Below are positions 62,210 to 64,000 of a DNA stretch of 64,000 nt, piece by piece; the first letter of the stretch is position 1, and each line of letters starts with the position of its first letter. The stretch covers positions 38,564,001-38,628,000 of the forward strand of contig CM060733.1 in assembly GCA_030704615.1 (NCBI GenBank). The letters run 5' to 3'. A model generated the notes under the pieces. It searched no databases, was not told the origin of the DNA, and saw only the letters and a program-made list of their open reading frames with translations. Position numbers and translations under genes: made by a program. The stretch comes from Takakia lepidozioides. Taxonomy: Eukaryota; Plantae; Bryophyta.

Positions 62210-62760
62210 ACCAACTCACTAATGACACTGATTGGAGTGTACCAAGTCACTAATCACTCTAATCAGACTGGACCATGTCACTAAGCCGTCGTGGCCCAAG
62301 GACAGACGCCATATCTCAGTTAAACTGGGGCCAGACAGAGCGAGCTTTACAGGGCATCACAATCTGCAACCAAATCTTATTTGGATTCCATCCAGTACTC
62401 CTGCCTGGAGGAGTCGCAGCCTAATTAGTAACTTCATTAGTCACTCCCTCACACAACCTGGACCTAGTTGGATGTGGAATCTCACTAAACAGATGAGGGC
62501 ATGTCACTAATGAGCGGTGCGGAAGAAAGATCCGGCCCATACCGCGCTGGAGTCACTAACCCAGTCACTAATAGTCCGTACGGGGCATAAATGATGGCCT
62601 AATCACCAACTCACTACTCACTAAAAGCCTCGCAGCCGACCACCGACTGCGCAGGCATTAAACAGGCATGGCCCCGCAACTAACCCTCGCCCGTCGTACT
62701 GCTCGCTAAGTCACGCTCTTAATCAACCTCGTTTAGTCACCCACCAACCTACTAACTACT
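62210..62760. repeat. Array of (G/C)TCACTAA motifs
   Basis: Several TCACTAA copies plus TCACTA/TTAGTCAC variants over ~550 bp. Confidence 0.6.
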
Positions 62761-64000
62761 GTGGTTACTCAGGTGCTCCAGACCAGACGGATGAATGTTG
62801 CTCTGCAATGGATGATAAATCCTTCGTCCAACGCCAACGGATCCGGGGTTCCAACCATGTCCCGTTCCGTTGCCGGCCATGGGAATCCGGGCCCGGCATC
62901 TGGGACCCGGGATACGATGGGGCGCCGGGGTGAGTCAAGGGGCCCAGGCTCGCCCGCACTTTTTGTTGGGGAACGTGCAGGGAACAGACCGGGTGCCGGC
63001 CTGGCAGACCACCCGGCCCGCGTTACGAAACGGAAAGCGTTCGCTTTGTCTGCTACAGTGACCAGTCAAGGCCCGGTCTTTCCGACCGCCGTATAAGCCC
63101 ACAGACCGACGGATACAGAGACTACCCTCCGGGTAGTTTCTGTTACCGGCAGGCTGGTGGGGCTGCCGGGTGGCAGGCGTTGACCGCAAATCCGGGGCAT
63201 GCAGGCGCACGCGTGGCCTGCCACCCGCCACCCTTTTATTTCAGGCCGTTAGATGGGGAAGTTCATCCGGCGATGCAGGATGCCTGCCGTCACTCCGGGC
63301 AGTAGTGAAAAATAGTAAATAATGGCGTGAGAGAATGGTCAGGGGAGCAAGTAATAAAGGCCCGGCCGGCCTGGGATCGCGCTCCCGGGTCGGCGTTGAC
63401 CGGGCTTTGACCCGGGTTGCGGGCGTGTTCCCGAAGGGACGCCCTAGATCGCATGTCAGGCCCACCCTTTATTGTGCGCTGTGCTGTTGCAGGCTTGTGC
63501 CTTGAATTGTCTTGTTTCTCTTCGCCGTGGAAGCTTCTTCCCCTCATCTTCTTCTTTGTGGCAAACCTGCAGGGCAGAGAGCAGAGAGAGACCTTAGGGC
63601 TTGATTGGCAAGACTGTAGAGTCTGCAGAGCCAGCTCAGAATGAAGTCTAGTAGCCCTTTGAACGCCATTCAAAAGCCGCATGTGGCTGATTGTGCAGGC
63701 GCTAAGGGTTTGTGGGCAGCCAGTGAATTTAGTGAAGGGAACTCCACTAATATGTCATGTTGGTTAAGTCTTTACTTTTAGCATTTCCTTGTTCTTTTGT
63801 TTGATCATGTAAGCTTGGAACATGCTTGTGTAAGAGGAAGTAACAGGTTACACTAATTTCATTGGGGGAGAATGTGGGAGGCTGACTCAACTCATTTTCT
63901 CAAATGTTCTTCCTACAAATGAGCTTTTGAGTTATGCAAGTGCAGCAGCAAGGTGTTTGATTCTCATGAATAGTGGTCCACACAAGGACAGCCACATTTT

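Noticed and set aside
53585-63682. Numerous 60-200 aa ORFs in the ORF track
   Set aside because: Overlapping frames in GC-rich DNA with no recognisable domains or splice-consistent gene model; likely chance ORFs.

Overview
Eukaryotic nuclear DNA, most likely from a non-seed land plant with flagellated sperm (bryophyte/lycophyte/fern grade). This is inferred from an intact SPAG16/PF20 central-pair gene alongside a euANT AP2 gene and a PLS-class PPR. Layout: (1) 1-13.5 kb is a nested TE cluster: an LTR-like block, a decayed chromovirus-like Ty3/gypsy element interrupted by two oppositely oriented copies of a TIR DNA transposon, and a second gypsy element whose pol carries a degenerate duplicate RNase H. 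(2) 14.8-18.7 kb is a PBCP-type PP2C phosphatase gene (-) with two consecutive GC-AG introns. (3) Next come a DUF2306-like membrane-protein pseudogene, a TTAA-flanked piggyBac-like MITE and tRNA-derived SINEs. (4) 23.1-33.4 kb is a 13-exon SPAG16/PF20 gene (+) with an RTEX-like LINE in intron 9. (5) L1 remnants, a PPR pseudogene and a TRIAP1/MDM35 gene (+) follow. (6) 48.7-53.6 kb is an AINTEGUMENTA-like AP2 gene (-) with the 9-nt VYL microexon, and above it lie more than 10 kb of non-coding, repeat-laden, partly CpG-rich upstream DNA. The most unusual items are mobile-element types not typical of land plants (piggyBac-like MITE, RTEX-like LINE, a TIR element lacking a canonical TSD, a dual-RNase-H gypsy) and the DUF2306 relic. 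No multi-gene novel system was found. All family calls are by-eye motif recognition, not database searches.
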